DNA of 36,956 nucleotides, taken from NCBI GenBank assembly GCA_964619725.1, contig CAZUFC010000089.1, forward strand, positions 1-36,956. The letters are read 5' to 3'. The stretch's first letter is position 1, and the number at the start of each line of letters is the position of its first letter. The notes under the pieces are model-generated. The model was not told the origin of the DNA and did not search any database. It was given only the letters and a program-made list of their open reading frames with translations. The stretch comes from an uncultured bacterium (GTDB lineage: Bacteria > CSSED10-310 > CAZUFC01). The translations under genes and the position numbers were made by a program. Shown piece after piece: positions 1 to 9,426 of the stretch.

Positions 1-290
1 GACCCAACGTCCAAAAAATCCACTGTTTTTTCACCACTTTTTAACGATCTCTGAAATTAATTCTGCTCTCAATTCTCTACTATAAGAAAGGAATTATTTT
101 TTTCAAGTCGTTAATGGGATCGCACTAAGACGTGAGCGCTCTTTAGTTTTTGTAAATAAACGGCGAAAATACCGCGGCAGGCTGGGGATTTGTTCAGTCC
201 TCATAATTTTTCATAAAGCTGCGTCAGGGGATCAGGATTATGTGTATGAGGAAGGACTTGGTACTTTTTCCCGTTTTAGGCGATCTGTCT

Positions 291-1145
291 TTAAAGCAGC
301 TCTCTGTATAATTCAGTAATTTTATCCCATTCCTGAATTTCAAAGCCCAGGAAGTCGAAAGTTTTTTTTGACCAAACAACATACCTGGACAGCAAATAAT
401 AAAGACATTCTTTGTATCGGGGTTCCGTATAGTCTATGGTGTCGTACTGAAAAAACGGCAGCAAATTGGAGGTTGCGGTTGAACTCAGTTCGCTTATGAT
501 GCCGTCCAGGGTACCGCTGGGTTGAGACGATACCGCGTTATAGAATTCTGAATGATAGATACCGGTGATTTTGACGTGCCTCCAGAATCTCTCCTGTATA
601 AGTATGGAAACGGAATCCCTGGGGAAGAAGGGAAATACGTTTATGGACAAGTGTTCGACATAGTCCGGACCAATTCCGCAAAACCCGGGTGCGGCATGCT
701 CCGGCATATATTGCTCAGACAGGATTAAACCGGGAAATGTATAAGCGGACGGATCAATGCCGTGAGTTTCTCCGCTTCTGAAATCCAGGACTCTCAAGTT
801 GTAGAATGAATGCAGCTCCTGTATGGGATGCCTGATGCAGCAGATAAGCCTGATATTCGGATTATATTCGTAAATGCGCTTCATGGGTTGAATTTCCGGA
901 GGATTCAGGACGTAGCCGGGAGTTTTTTCTCCGCAAAAGAAATTGTTGTCCGGGATATTTTTCATGTTCTTAGCGAGCCATTTTTCAATACGAACCTGGT
1001 GATCCTCGTGATAGAAGAATCCCGGTTCATACTCCGGCATGATGATTTGCGGGGAAGTCCGAAGCCAGGCATTAAGCGCCGTAGTGCCGCAACGGGGGAA
1101 ACCTATTATGACGAAATCAAGTTTTTTATTTTTTCCAGTATTCAT
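291..1145 (-). CDS. PAPS-dependent sulfotransferase family protein
   Basis: N-terminal 5'-PSB loop IIGFPRCGTTAL, then EPGFF, GEKTPGY and a 3'-PB-like IRHPIQELHSFY. Confidence 0.8.
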   Translation of the reverse strand: MNTGKNKKLDFVIIGFPRCGTTALNAWLRTSPQIIMPEYEPGFFYHEDHQVRIEKWLAKNMKNIPDNNFFCGEKTPGYVLNPPEIQPMKRIYEYNPNIRLICCIRHPIQELHSFYNLRVLDFRSGETHGIDPSAYTFPGLILSEQYMPEHAAPGFCGIGPDYVEHLSINVFPFFPRDSVSILIQERFWRHVKITGIYHSEFYNAVSSQPSGTLDGIISELSSTATSNLLPFFQYDTIDYTEPRYKECLYYLLSRYVVWSKKTFDFLGFEIQEWDKITELYRELL

Positions 1146-1234
1146 AATGCAATGTTTTTGATTTTCTGATTTCCGTTAAGAACACAGGTCAGGGTAAATT
1201 TTACTGTTCAATGCGCTGTATGGATTCGGAAACA

Positions 1235-2053
1235 TTATTTGACGGCATGTACAGTCAGTCGATATCTCAGCGGTTCTGAATGGTTGGAGTTATCCAGTTC
1301 TTCCGGCGGATATGGCGAGGCAGCCATGACTTCACGAAAACCGGCAGCGCGGCAAGCCTTCTGAAGGCCGAGAAAATTGGGGGCAAACCAGTTGCTCACG
1401 TCGGAATTCAGTTCACCGCCTTCATAAAATTCGAAAAGACCGAGATTCTCATATCCTTCCAAATAAACAGCAGCGGTTTCGATAACAGCCAGTTCTCTTG
1501 TGAAAAGCGAAAGTCGTTTAAGCGCTTGAAATGGGGATTCCAGGTGATACAGCACGCCGAGAAAAAATACGACATCGAACATTCCCACTTCGATTGGGTC
1601 GATTTTCATGAAATCCCCGACAAGTTGTTCCACGTTACTGTTTTTTATTTTATGAATAACGTCGAATCCGATTTTCCCGGGAAGTTTCGACGGTTCCCAG
1701 ACGCCCGGGACACGGGAGTAAGGACCAGGAATCACGTTGCTGTCCCGGCAGCCTTGCCAATACTCCTGCAGGCGATCAAGATGCATATTCCAGACATAAT
1801 GGTCCAAAGCAACGACTCTTCGTGCGCCGAGTTCTTCCGCTTTAAAAGAAAAATAACCGTCAAAGGCCCCAACGTCAAGGACGGTTTTGCCTGTTATGTC
1901 CGGCAGCGCCATATTGTTGAGCTTTTTGGTCAGAGCTTCCCGGGAAATCGCCCCTTTTACGGATATGCCGTCGCCGCAGTCGAATGAATGCTGCCAGAAG
2001 GGTACGGTATCGATAAGTTTTTTCTTTGCTTGCCTATTCATCTTATTCTCCAT
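1235..2053 (-). CDS. Class I SAM-dependent methyltransferase (DUF1698/CmoB-like)
   Basis: Motif I VLDVGAFDGYFS, FDVVFFLGVLYHL and SNWFAPN; co-oriented upstream of the sulfotransferase. Confidence 0.85.
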   Translation of the reverse strand: MENKMNRQAKKKLIDTVPFWQHSFDCGDGISVKGAISREALTKKLNNMALPDITGKTVLDVGAFDGYFSFKAEELGARRVVALDHYVWNMHLDRLQEYWQGCRDSNVIPGPYSRVPGVWEPSKLPGKIGFDVIHKIKNSNVEQLVGDFMKIDPIEVGMFDVVFFLGVLYHLESPFQALKRLSLFTRELAVIETAAVYLEGYENLGLFEFYEGGELNSDVSNWFAPNFLGLQKACRAAGFREVMAASPYPPEELDNSNHSEPLRYRLTVHAVK

Positions 2054-2181
2054 AAACGTACAAAACTCCCGTGATTCCTGTATAAGAGAAATTCACCCAC
2101 CTGGACGATACAACCTATTTCTTTTGGTAATTTAAAGCAGCTCAAAATATGAAGGCCCTGCTTCTTTTCCCACCCCGTCTC

Positions 2182-2209
2182 ATTTTAGTGAAAATGCTCT
2201 GTTTGTCAA
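2182..2209 (-). promoter_or_regulatory. Putative sigma70 promoter for the methyltransferase-sulfotransferase pair
   Basis: Minus strand TTGACA-N16-TAAAAT, about 130 bp upstream of the start at 2053. Confidence 0.5.
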
Positions 2210-2276
2210 GATGAGCGGAATTCAGCGCACGCATTCGAATAATTGCATCCGATATTAAGGGCGCTGATTAAAAATG

Positions 2277-2521
2277 GGCATTGATCAAAAATGCGTCTAT
2301 TGAGGTTACAATTCTAAAGAAAATCTCGTCACTTTCTTTCGATCCCGATAGCGACCCCGATCCCGATCCCGATAGCGACCCCGATCCCGATAGCGACCCC
2401 GACTCCGATACCGATAGCGGCCCTGATACCGATAGCGATCCCGGTACCGACCCTGAGTTTGATTACTGAAACAAATTGTCAAAAGTTTTGAACGAAGTGT
2501 AACGCTGGTTTGATCAGTCCC
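2277..2521 (+). mobile_element. MITE-like element copy 1 (expanded hexamer tract)
   Basis: Ends GGCATTGATCAAA / TTTGATCAGTCCC; about 21 internal nnCGAn hexamers; conserved block GATTACTGAAACAAATTGTCAAAAG. No TSD seen. Confidence 0.75.
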
Positions 2522-2643
2522 GACCAGAGGACTACTGAAGCACAGCGGCGCTATGTTGAGCAAGTCCTTGTGGAGCAGCGCTTGAAGGTGCGGAGATATG
2601 GACGTTGGTTACAGGTTTTGTCTGAGAAATAGGGGATAGGGTC

Positions 2644-3390
2644 TTATTTCCTGTGAAACGAATTTTTCAGGTATTCGACGAACCTGTTCCAGGATCTTTT
2701 ATCCGCCTGTTCATCATAACGGCTTCCGCCGAAAACCGTAAAGGCATGGTCGGCGCCTCCATATGTCGTCATTTCGTGGGGGATGCCGGCTGATTCCAGT
2801 TCTTTTGCCAGAGCGGCGAACTGGCCAATGGTGACGGCTGAGTCTGCGGTGCCGTGAAAAACCATAATTTCTCCTTTGGCATCCGAGTAATTTTGCCCTT
2901 CGGGCGTTTCGAGTCCCCCGTGAAATGTGACGAAAGCTTTGAGGTTCATACCGGCGCGAGCGGCTTCAAGGACGACTGTTCCTCCGAAACAATAACCGAT
3001 TGCGACGGCGTTATCGATATCCGCACCCAGGTTTTTCGCTTCCTTGAGCGCGCCTTTTATCAGCATGTGCATTTTTTCCCTGTCCTGATACAGCTCTCCC
3101 GTAAGTTTTCTTTTTTCTGCAGTTTCCTCCGGACGCACGCCGGCCCCGAACATATCGGCGGCAAATACGTCGTAACCCAGTTCCAAAAGCATGTGCGCAC
3201 GCTTTTTTTCATAACCGGTCAGTCCGTCCCAGTCATGGATCATTAAAATAAGAGGCGCTTTGTCTTTTGCAGAGACATAGTAACCTTCGTAGGTCTGGTC
3301 GGCCACCTGATACTTTACGGAATTTCCTTTTTCGCTTAATGCCGTTGATGAAACGAGTAAAAGTATGGCCAGAATAATCGTTATACGCAT
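2644..3390 (-). CDS. Secreted dienelactone hydrolase family protein
   Basis: Signal peptide MRITIILAILLLVSSTALS; HDWDG; nucleophile motif GYCFGG; HGTAD and DHAF complete the Cys-Asp-His triad. Confidence 0.9.
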   Translation of the reverse strand: MRITIILAILLLVSSTALSEKGNSVKYQVADQTYEGYYVSAKDKAPLILMIHDWDGLTGYEKKRAHMLLELGYDVFAADMFGAGVRPEETAEKRKLTGELYQDREKMHMLIKGALKEAKNLGADIDNAVAIGYCFGGTVVLEAARAGMNLKAFVTFHGGLETPEGQNYSDAKGEIMVFHGTADSAVTIGQFAALAKELESAGIPHEMTTYGGADHAFTVFGGSRYDEQADKRSWNRFVEYLKNSFHRK

Positions 3391-3564
3391 TTTTTTCTCC
3401 TTTTTTTAATTGTTTTCAGCGCTGCTTCGTCATGCAACATTAAGAGAATCGCATATCCTTTTTATGCAATTCCGCAACTCTGTCGGCCGCAGCAGCGGAC
3501 AGGCGCTGACTAAACTTTATCCTTTTTAAGAATATCAAATGTCAGAGAGTTATATCAAGATTCC

Positions 3565-3702
3565 GGGACTGATCAAACGAGGGGTTACACTTTTTTTAAA
3601 ATTTTCGACAGTTTGTTTCTTTAATCGGGATCGGAATCGAAACGAAATGATGAGTTGTTCGGAAGAATCGGAATAACAACAGACCCATTTTTGATTAATG
3701 CC
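3565..3702 (-). mobile_element. MITE-like element copy 2 (inverted)
   Basis: Plus strand reads GGGACTGATCAAAC...CCCATTTTTGATTAATGCC; flanked by AAGATTCC (3557-3564) and AAGAGTCC (3703-3710), an 8-bp direct repeat with one mismatch. Confidence 0.75.
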
Positions 3703-3781
3703 AAGAGTCCTGTACTAAAGGTAATGCTTTCGGTGAATATCTCGCCGCCCGGATTCACTCAAGGGCAAAAAAGAATTTATT

Positions 3782-4687
3782 TCACGAATGATTTCCATCG
3801 TCTGATTCATAATATCGTCGGCATTCGCTTTCACGGCCTCGAATCACCCGCCGGCCTTCCAGATCGCCGGATTTTTCCGTTACTACGGTGCATTGGTCTT
3901 CTTTGCCGTCACGCTCATAATATATGACGACCCAGTCATGCGTGGCGTTTAAATCGTGAGCTCTGGCCGTATTGGAAAAAAGCGCGGTAAAGGACCATCC
4001 TTCCTGTTCCGTGCGCATGATGGGGAGCCAGGCTTTTCCTTCCGGGTTGAAACGTTTGGGGGCAATTTTTTTCAATTCGCCGGCTTCGGCCCTTTCGCGG
4101 TATTCTCTGTCCACATCCAGGATGACCTCTACCGGGGGAACCTGTTTTTCTTTTTTTTTGCCGGCCGTTCTTTGCCGCACTTTGCGCTGAGCCGAACGGC
4201 TGAGCATTCCGGCCAGGGTTTCTTTGATCCCTTCGACTCGGCGAGAACCGAACCCTTCGATCTTTTCCAATCTTCCGTCATGAGCGGCTAATTCAAGGTC
4301 TTCAAGCGTGTTGACATCCAGTTCTGCTGCTATTCTGTGAGCCATCTCCTCGCCAATTCCCGGAACTCTCTGGAACAGGATTTCGGGCGAAATTTCCGTT
4401 CGAAGGCGTTCGAGTTGTTGCGAACGGCCTGTGTTGACGTATTCCTTGATGAGCCTGGCCAGGCTTTCGCCAACGCCGGGCAATTTTTCCTGCAGTTTTT
4501 CCTTTCCGTCCTCCAGCATACGGGAAAGGGGTTTTTCCGTTTTTCTGACGGTTTGAGCCGCCTTTCGATAAGCCTGTATGCGAAAAGGGTTAGCCTCTTT
4601 TACTTCCAGAAGCCCGGCTATCTCCTCCAGCATTTCGGCTATTTCATCGTTATCCGGTTTATTTGACGTCATCGTCTGTGCTCCCAT
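3782..4687 (-). CDS. Helix-hairpin-helix DNA-binding protein with a PolX/Pol-beta N-terminal domain, lacking the polymerase palm and PHP domains
   Basis: DNDEIAEMLEEIAGLLEVKEANPFRIQAYRKAA, HhH motifs LPGVGES, VPGIGEE and IEGFGSR; the C-terminus (IAPKRFNPEGKAWLP...FSNTARAH...DWVVIY) is not polymerase-like. Confidence 0.8.
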   Translation of the reverse strand: MGAQTMTSNKPDNDEIAEMLEEIAGLLEVKEANPFRIQAYRKAAQTVRKTEKPLSRMLEDGKEKLQEKLPGVGESLARLIKEYVNTGRSQQLERLRTEISPEILFQRVPGIGEEMAHRIAAELDVNTLEDLELAAHDGRLEKIEGFGSRRVEGIKETLAGMLSRSAQRKVRQRTAGKKKEKQVPPVEVILDVDREYRERAEAGELKKIAPKRFNPEGKAWLPIMRTEQEGWSFTALFSNTARAHDLNATHDWVVIYYERDGKEDQCTVVTEKSGDLEGRRVIRGRESECRRYYESDDGNHS

Positions 4688-4713
4688 TGTTAATTTTTTA
4701 TCATGATAATTCG

Positions 4714-4865
4714 GGTATTGATCAAAAATGGGTCTTTTGAGGTTACAATAATTCCGAATTTCCCCATTCAGTTTCGATTCCGATTGCGATTGCGATACCG
4801 ATCCCGATTACTGAAACAAGCTGTCAAAAGTATTGAAAAACTGTTACCCCGGTTTGATCAGTCCC
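4714..4865 (+). mobile_element. MITE-like element copy 3
   Basis: Ends GGTATTGATCAAA / TTTGATCAGTCCC; perfect 8-bp flanking direct repeat ATAATTCG at 4706-4713 and 4866-4873; 6 hexamers. Confidence 0.85.
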
Positions 4866-4907
4866 ATAATTCGCGCTTCGAGACTTGTTGCGTTATTGAT
4901 CATATTA

Positions 4908-5384
4908 TTAATTGCCTAATCCCGCGGTGAATTTTCCCACCCAATTGGTCGCCCCCATGACCAGGAAAGCGATAAGGAGGTGTTCGCCGATAGTTTTCCA
5001 TGGGGCTGATCCATGCGTTTTCGCTATAAAATAGCTGAGCAGCGTAAGAATGGCTACTCCCCATATCATGCTGACTATTATTGCTGTCGAAAGCGGCAGC
5101 AGCATGACAGGAACAGCGAAGGTCAAGGCGAAAAGCGATTTGGCCAGCAGAGTGGTGACGGTTGAAATCCACACTCCCTTGACCGTATGATCTTCCTTGG
5201 ATTCTTCTGAAATATGAATTCCCAGGGCGTCTGAGAAGGCATCGGCGACCGCAATAGTGAGGATGCCTCCTAAAACGATGGTTTTGGAATGTGTGCCGGA
5301 ATGGAGGCCCACCATGAGGCCGAGTGTAGTTATGACAGCCGAAGTCAGGCCGAAAGTAATGCCTGTTCTTAATGAATCTTCCAT
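4908..5384 (-). CDS. VIT1/CCC1-family membrane protein
   Basis: ITFGLTSAVITTLGL and AVADAFSDALGIHISEES motifs, about 5 hydrophobic helices. Confidence 0.75.
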   Translation of the reverse strand: MEDSLRTGITFGLTSAVITTLGLMVGLHSGTHSKTIVLGGILTIAVADAFSDALGIHISEESKEDHTVKGVWISTVTTLLAKSLFALTFAVPVMLLPLSTAIIVSMIWGVAILTLLSYFIAKTHGSAPWKTIGEHLLIAFLVMGATNWVGKFTAGLGN

Positions 5385-5753
5385 AAATTTTTTTTCGCTT
5401 TCAGGCTGGAACTTGGATGATGTCGGGGATTGAGGCCGACAGCCGGTCCGTGATTTTTATTTTTGTTTGATTCAACTCTGTTAAAGAGCGCAGGACGACC
5501 GGAGCGCAGCCGATCCGTTTTCAATGTTCGACCGGTATTGATAACGGAGTTTGGCCGTCAGTCAATGGTCGTCTCTTCTTTTATAGAAAATTCAAGCTTT
5601 GCTGTCAATCTGTGGCGATCTGCGCCGTCGATTTAATCGAAAATGTGCTGCTGTTAATACAACATCTCATGTCGCTTACTATTAAGGCTAAATTATGTTG
5701 TAAAATAACCCAACTGAATCCCCCAACCGGCCATAAAATAACCCAATCTTACT

Positions 5754-5792
5754 CCCCCTCTCCATTCATGGAGAGGGGGCCGGGGGGTGAGG
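5754..5792. repeat. REP-like GC-rich palindrome
   Basis: CCCCCTCTCCA-TTCA-TGGAGAGGGGG perfect 11-bp stem followed by CCGGGGGGTGAGG; single copy in the window. Confidence 0.6.
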
Positions 5793-6065
5793 TCAACCCT
5801 CAAAACCGCAAGCCGGTAGGCCGGCAAATATTTTTTTATTCATGGAAAAAATGAAAGCGCTGTTGTTCGGGAAAAAAGTTTTGCTGTCCGGGGCTTACGC
5901 AATGTCGGCGGCGAATGACTGAGGGCGTGAGAAAATGCTGTTCAGCGGGGTGATTTATGTCCGTTAATCGGCGGCAGTGCGGTTAGAACCGGGTGATATG
6001 CTTCAACAACTGCTGATAAAACATCCGGGTTTTTGCTGGAAGGTAACGGCAATATTTGTTTAGAT

Positions 6066-6147
6066 TTCGACCCCGACCCCGATACCGACCCCGATTACTG
6101 AAACAAACTGTCAAACGTTTTGAAAAAAGTGTAACCCTGGTTTGATC
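6066..6147 (+). mobile_element. MITE-like element copy 4 (right half only)
   Basis: 5 hexamers plus GATTACTGAAACAAACTGTCAAACGTTTTGAAAAAAGTGTAACCCTGGTTTGATC; left end missing, right tip eroded. Confidence 0.7.
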
Positions 6148-6166
6148 CGTGTTGATATTCCCGCGT

Positions 6167-9004
6167 TTATGCTTCACCGCCGCCAGAATGATTCGGCTGT
6201 TTCACCTGCAGGACCCTGGTTATTTCCTGCTTCAGTTCTTTCAGCTTGAAAGGTTTGGCGAGTTTGCCCATGAAATGATATTCATCGTATTTGGTTAATA
6301 TGGAGTCTGAAGAGTAACCGCTTGAGACGATGACCCTGGCGCGAGGATCGATATCTAGTAGTTTTTTGACGGCTTCCTGTCCGCCCATGCCTCCGGGGAT
6401 GGTGAGGTCCATAATGACGAGGTTGAAAGGATCGCCTTGTTCCGCTGCTGCGGCGTATTTTTCGAGGGTTTCATTTCCGTCGACGGCTGTCTCGACCTCA
6501 TAGCCGCATTTTTCGATCATTTTTGAACCGACGTCCCTGATCATTTTTTCGTCATCCATAAGGAGTATGCGAACTGATTCTTTGACACGTTCTTGAGATT
6601 TGTCAGCGGCATCCGGAGAGTTATCGTTTTGAGTTGAGGTGTCTGCGGGAAGAAAGATACTGAATGAGGAGCCGACTCCTGGGGAGGATTCAACGGAAAG
6701 TCGACCGTGATGTTTTTTGATGATGCTGTAGGAAACGGCGAGTCCCAGGCCGCTTCCGGATTGTTTGGTGGTGAAGTAGGGGTCGAATATTTTTTCAATG
6801 ATGTTTCCCGGGATGCCAATGCCTTCGTCATTAATCGTCAATTTCACGAATCTGCCGTTCAGACCTGGAGGCAGGGTATGGTCATTCTCTTCGATGTTTG
6901 CGGCTTCGACGGTAAGGCAAGCTCCGCAGGGCATGGCTTGTTTTGCATTGATGGTCAGATTTGCTATCACCTGACTGATCTGCCCTTTATCCGCTTTGAC
7001 GGGCCAGAGTCCTTTCGGGAGGTTGAAATGCGGACAAACGGAGCTGCCGCTCAAATTGAAAGTGACGGTATCTTTGACGAGTTGTTCCATTTCAACGGTG
7101 GCGAGTATGGGGTCGCCGCCTTTAGCGAAAGTGAGAAGACGGCTGGTTAGCCGTTTCGCCTGATCCAGAGATTTATGGGCGTCTTTAAGATACGAAACGG
7201 ATTGATGATTCTCAGGCAGAGAGATTTCAGCCAGTTCAATATGGCCGAATACGGAAGTCAGCATGTTGTTGAAGTCATGGGCAATGCCTGCAGCGACGGC
7301 TCCCAGGCTGTCGAGTTTCTGCATGCGGCGGATTTCTTCCTCGTGCCGTTTCCGTTCTGTTATGTTGTAAGCTTCCACGACTACCGCAGCAGGGTCTCCC
7401 TGGGGTGTCCTGGAGGCTACTTGAATGAAAAATTCGTTCCAGATTCCCGCTCGCTCATCTTCGCCCGACTGCGGTTCACCCGTTTCAAAAACATCGGCGA
7501 TCTTCTGTTTGCGATACTCAGCCACTTGCTCCGGTATGTAATCCCATAGGCAGGTATTGAGAAGACGTTCTCGATCAATTCCGAAACGATCGGCCATGAC
7601 CTGGTTGCAGTCGACTATAGTCCCCTTGCGGTCAAGGAGAACGATTACCGCAGGAGAAGCATTCAAGATGGAACGGGCCTTCTCCTCGCTGTCGCGTAAA
7701 GCCTCTTCCATGAGCTTTCGGTCGGTTGTATCGCTCATAATGCCTGTCGATCCCATATAATTCCCGTTTTCATCATACTGGATTTCTTCTCGGCATTCGA
7801 AAAAACGGGTTTCCTGCTCACGGACAAAAGAAAAATCGTGCAATATCGACCTCTGCTTTTTATGCAGAGCTTTTTTGAAAAGCTCGTTGAATCCTTCGAT
7901 CACCTCGTAAGGCAAATTCGTCATCTTTAATGATTCCAGAAGGGTTCTGCCTATGACAGAATCAGTGGATAAACCGAAGTGTTTCTCTACGGCGCCGCTC
8001 AAGAAAGTAATCCTTGCCTGGTTGTCCGTCGCATAGACTATATCACGAATGCTTTCATTTACTTTGCGATGACGCTCTTCGCTTATTCTCAGCGCTTCTT
8101 CGGCCTGCTTGAGTTTTGTGATGTCGATTATTATTCCTGTAACGCCTGCGAATTTACCGTCCTTGATGATGGGATTGGTGGAAACGAGAACAGGATAGCG
8201 CGAACCGTCCTTTCTTACGCCTTTGTATTCGGACATATCGATGAGTTCGCCTCTCATGCGTCGTTCGATATTCGTCTTCATTTTTTTATAATCTGACGGT
8301 TCGACCATATCCAGGCAGCTCAGGCCTCGATCAAAATCCTCCCGCGAATACCCGGACATTACGAATGCCTTGCGATTCGCATAGATAAGCTTTAAATCCT
8401 CGTCAGCCTCAAAAACGCTTTCAGGCAACTGTTCCGCTAATCTTCTGAACTTATCTTCAGATTCCCGTAAAGCCTTCAACGTCGCCTGGTGTTCTTTTCT
8501 CAATTCATTAACACAAAACGCTTCGGAAATATTATTAGCCACATTTTTGAATATTTCTTTCTCCTGAAAGTCCTCTACAAAATCAATGGGCAACGATACG
8601 GAGAGTAAACCGAAAAATTTCCCGTTTTCCGAAAGACTTATCGTGTATGCGCCGCTGTCGCTGTGGCAAAAGGAAATAGGACAGCCATCACATTCCGCCG
8701 CCGGCTCCGTCGTAATGACGATCTCTTTTCGATTCAAACTGTCCGTCGCGCAACGAGTCCATTTGCGGCTTTTAAGACTCTCTTTCAGAATGGAAAATTT
8801 CGGGCCTATTCCGGATTCGGCAAATTGGGAAAATTTACCCCGCTCATCCATGAGAGCTATCCACGCGCTTGAATATACGCCGTTTCCGGTTAGAGTTTCA
8901 CAGACCCTGTTAAGGAGAGTTTTGCCCTCGTTCTGTCTGCAGGCAAGCGTATCGATTTCTCGAACGACCCTCAATATCCGATTATATCTGTCGATTTTAT
9001 TCAT
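6167..9004 (-). CDS. Cytoplasmic hybrid sensor histidine kinase (GAF-3xPAS-HisKA-HATPase-REC)
   Basis: H-box AAGIAHDFNNML, N-box NLTINAKQAM, G-boxes DEGIGI and FDPYFTTKQSGSGLGL, receiver LLMDDE...MDLTIPG...KPF; PAS linkers DITKLK, DTTDRK and NITERK; no TM segment. Confidence 0.95.
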   Translation of the reverse strand: MNKIDRYNRILRVVREIDTLACRQNEGKTLLNRVCETLTGNGVYSSAWIALMDERGKFSQFAESGIGPKFSILKESLKSRKWTRCATDSLNRKEIVITTEPAAECDGCPISFCHSDSGAYTISLSENGKFFGLLSVSLPIDFVEDFQEKEIFKNVANNISEAFCVNELRKEHQATLKALRESEDKFRRLAEQLPESVFEADEDLKLIYANRKAFVMSGYSREDFDRGLSCLDMVEPSDYKKMKTNIERRMRGELIDMSEYKGVRKDGSRYPVLVSTNPIIKDGKFAGVTGIIIDITKLKQAEEALRISEERHRKVNESIRDIVYATDNQARITFLSGAVEKHFGLSTDSVIGRTLLESLKMTNLPYEVIEGFNELFKKALHKKQRSILHDFSFVREQETRFFECREEIQYDENGNYMGSTGIMSDTTDRKLMEEALRDSEEKARSILNASPAVIVLLDRKGTIVDCNQVMADRFGIDRERLLNTCLWDYIPEQVAEYRKQKIADVFETGEPQSGEDERAGIWNEFFIQVASRTPQGDPAAVVVEAYNITERKRHEEEIRRMQKLDSLGAVAAGIAHDFNNMLTSVFGHIELAEISLPENHQSVSYLKDAHKSLDQAKRLTSRLLTFAKGGDPILATVEMEQLVKDTVTFNLSGSSVCPHFNLPKGLWPVKADKGQISQVIANLTINAKQAMPCGACLTVEAANIEENDHTLPPGLNGRFVKLTINDEGIGIPGNIIEKIFDPYFTTKQSGSGLGLAVSYSIIKKHHGRLSVESSPGVGSSFSIFLPADTSTQNDNSPDAADKSQERVKESVRILLMDDEKMIRDVGSKMIEKCGYEVETAVDGNETLEKYAAAAEQGDPFNLVIMDLTIPGGMGGQEAVKKLLDIDPRARVIVSSGYSSDSILTKYDEYHFMGKLAKPFKLKELKQEITRVLQVKQPNHSGGGEA

Positions 9005-9378
9005 AGTTCATTACCCAATGACGGGAGCCTTCACGGCGGAGACCGCCGGTGTCAGATTCCTGTTTGAAAGAGAGTTGAGCGATAAAAATATTGTGTTTGC
9101 GCCACTTGTCCTCTGGATGCGGATTCTTTCCTGATTTCAACAGATTCAGACGAATTCATTACGTGACGATCTGATTAAAGGCAAAGAACCTCACGCATTA
9201 TGAAGAACACGTCGTCTTACAAACGCAGCAACCCTTTTGTTGATCCTGTCGATTTTGTTCTTTCCTTAGGCTATTCAAGCTTTTCACGATGGTATAACTT
9301 TGCTGTGATCGCAAAGAGAACCCCCCTGTTGCCGGCAGTCACTTTCACGCCGGGAAATCGACTGCGGCAGCATTTTGT

Positions 9379-9406
9379 AATATAATGAAAAAAGCGGATT
9401 TTTCAA
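9379..9406 (-). promoter_or_regulatory. Putative sigma70 promoter upstream of the hybrid kinase leader
   Basis: Minus strand TTGAAA-N16-TATATT. Confidence 0.35.
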
Positions 9407-9426
9407 GTAAAAATGTAAAAGAAAAC

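Noticed and set aside
1-37. Possible start of a minus-strand gene (VVKKQWIFWTLG)
   Set aside because: Too short at the window edge to support a call.
2281-2563. DPDSDP and RYRDRG repeat ORFs (also 4703-4930 and 5983-6177) as proteins or RiPP precursors
   Set aside because: They are translations of the MITE hexamer tract; frames and stops differ between copies and there is no RBS.
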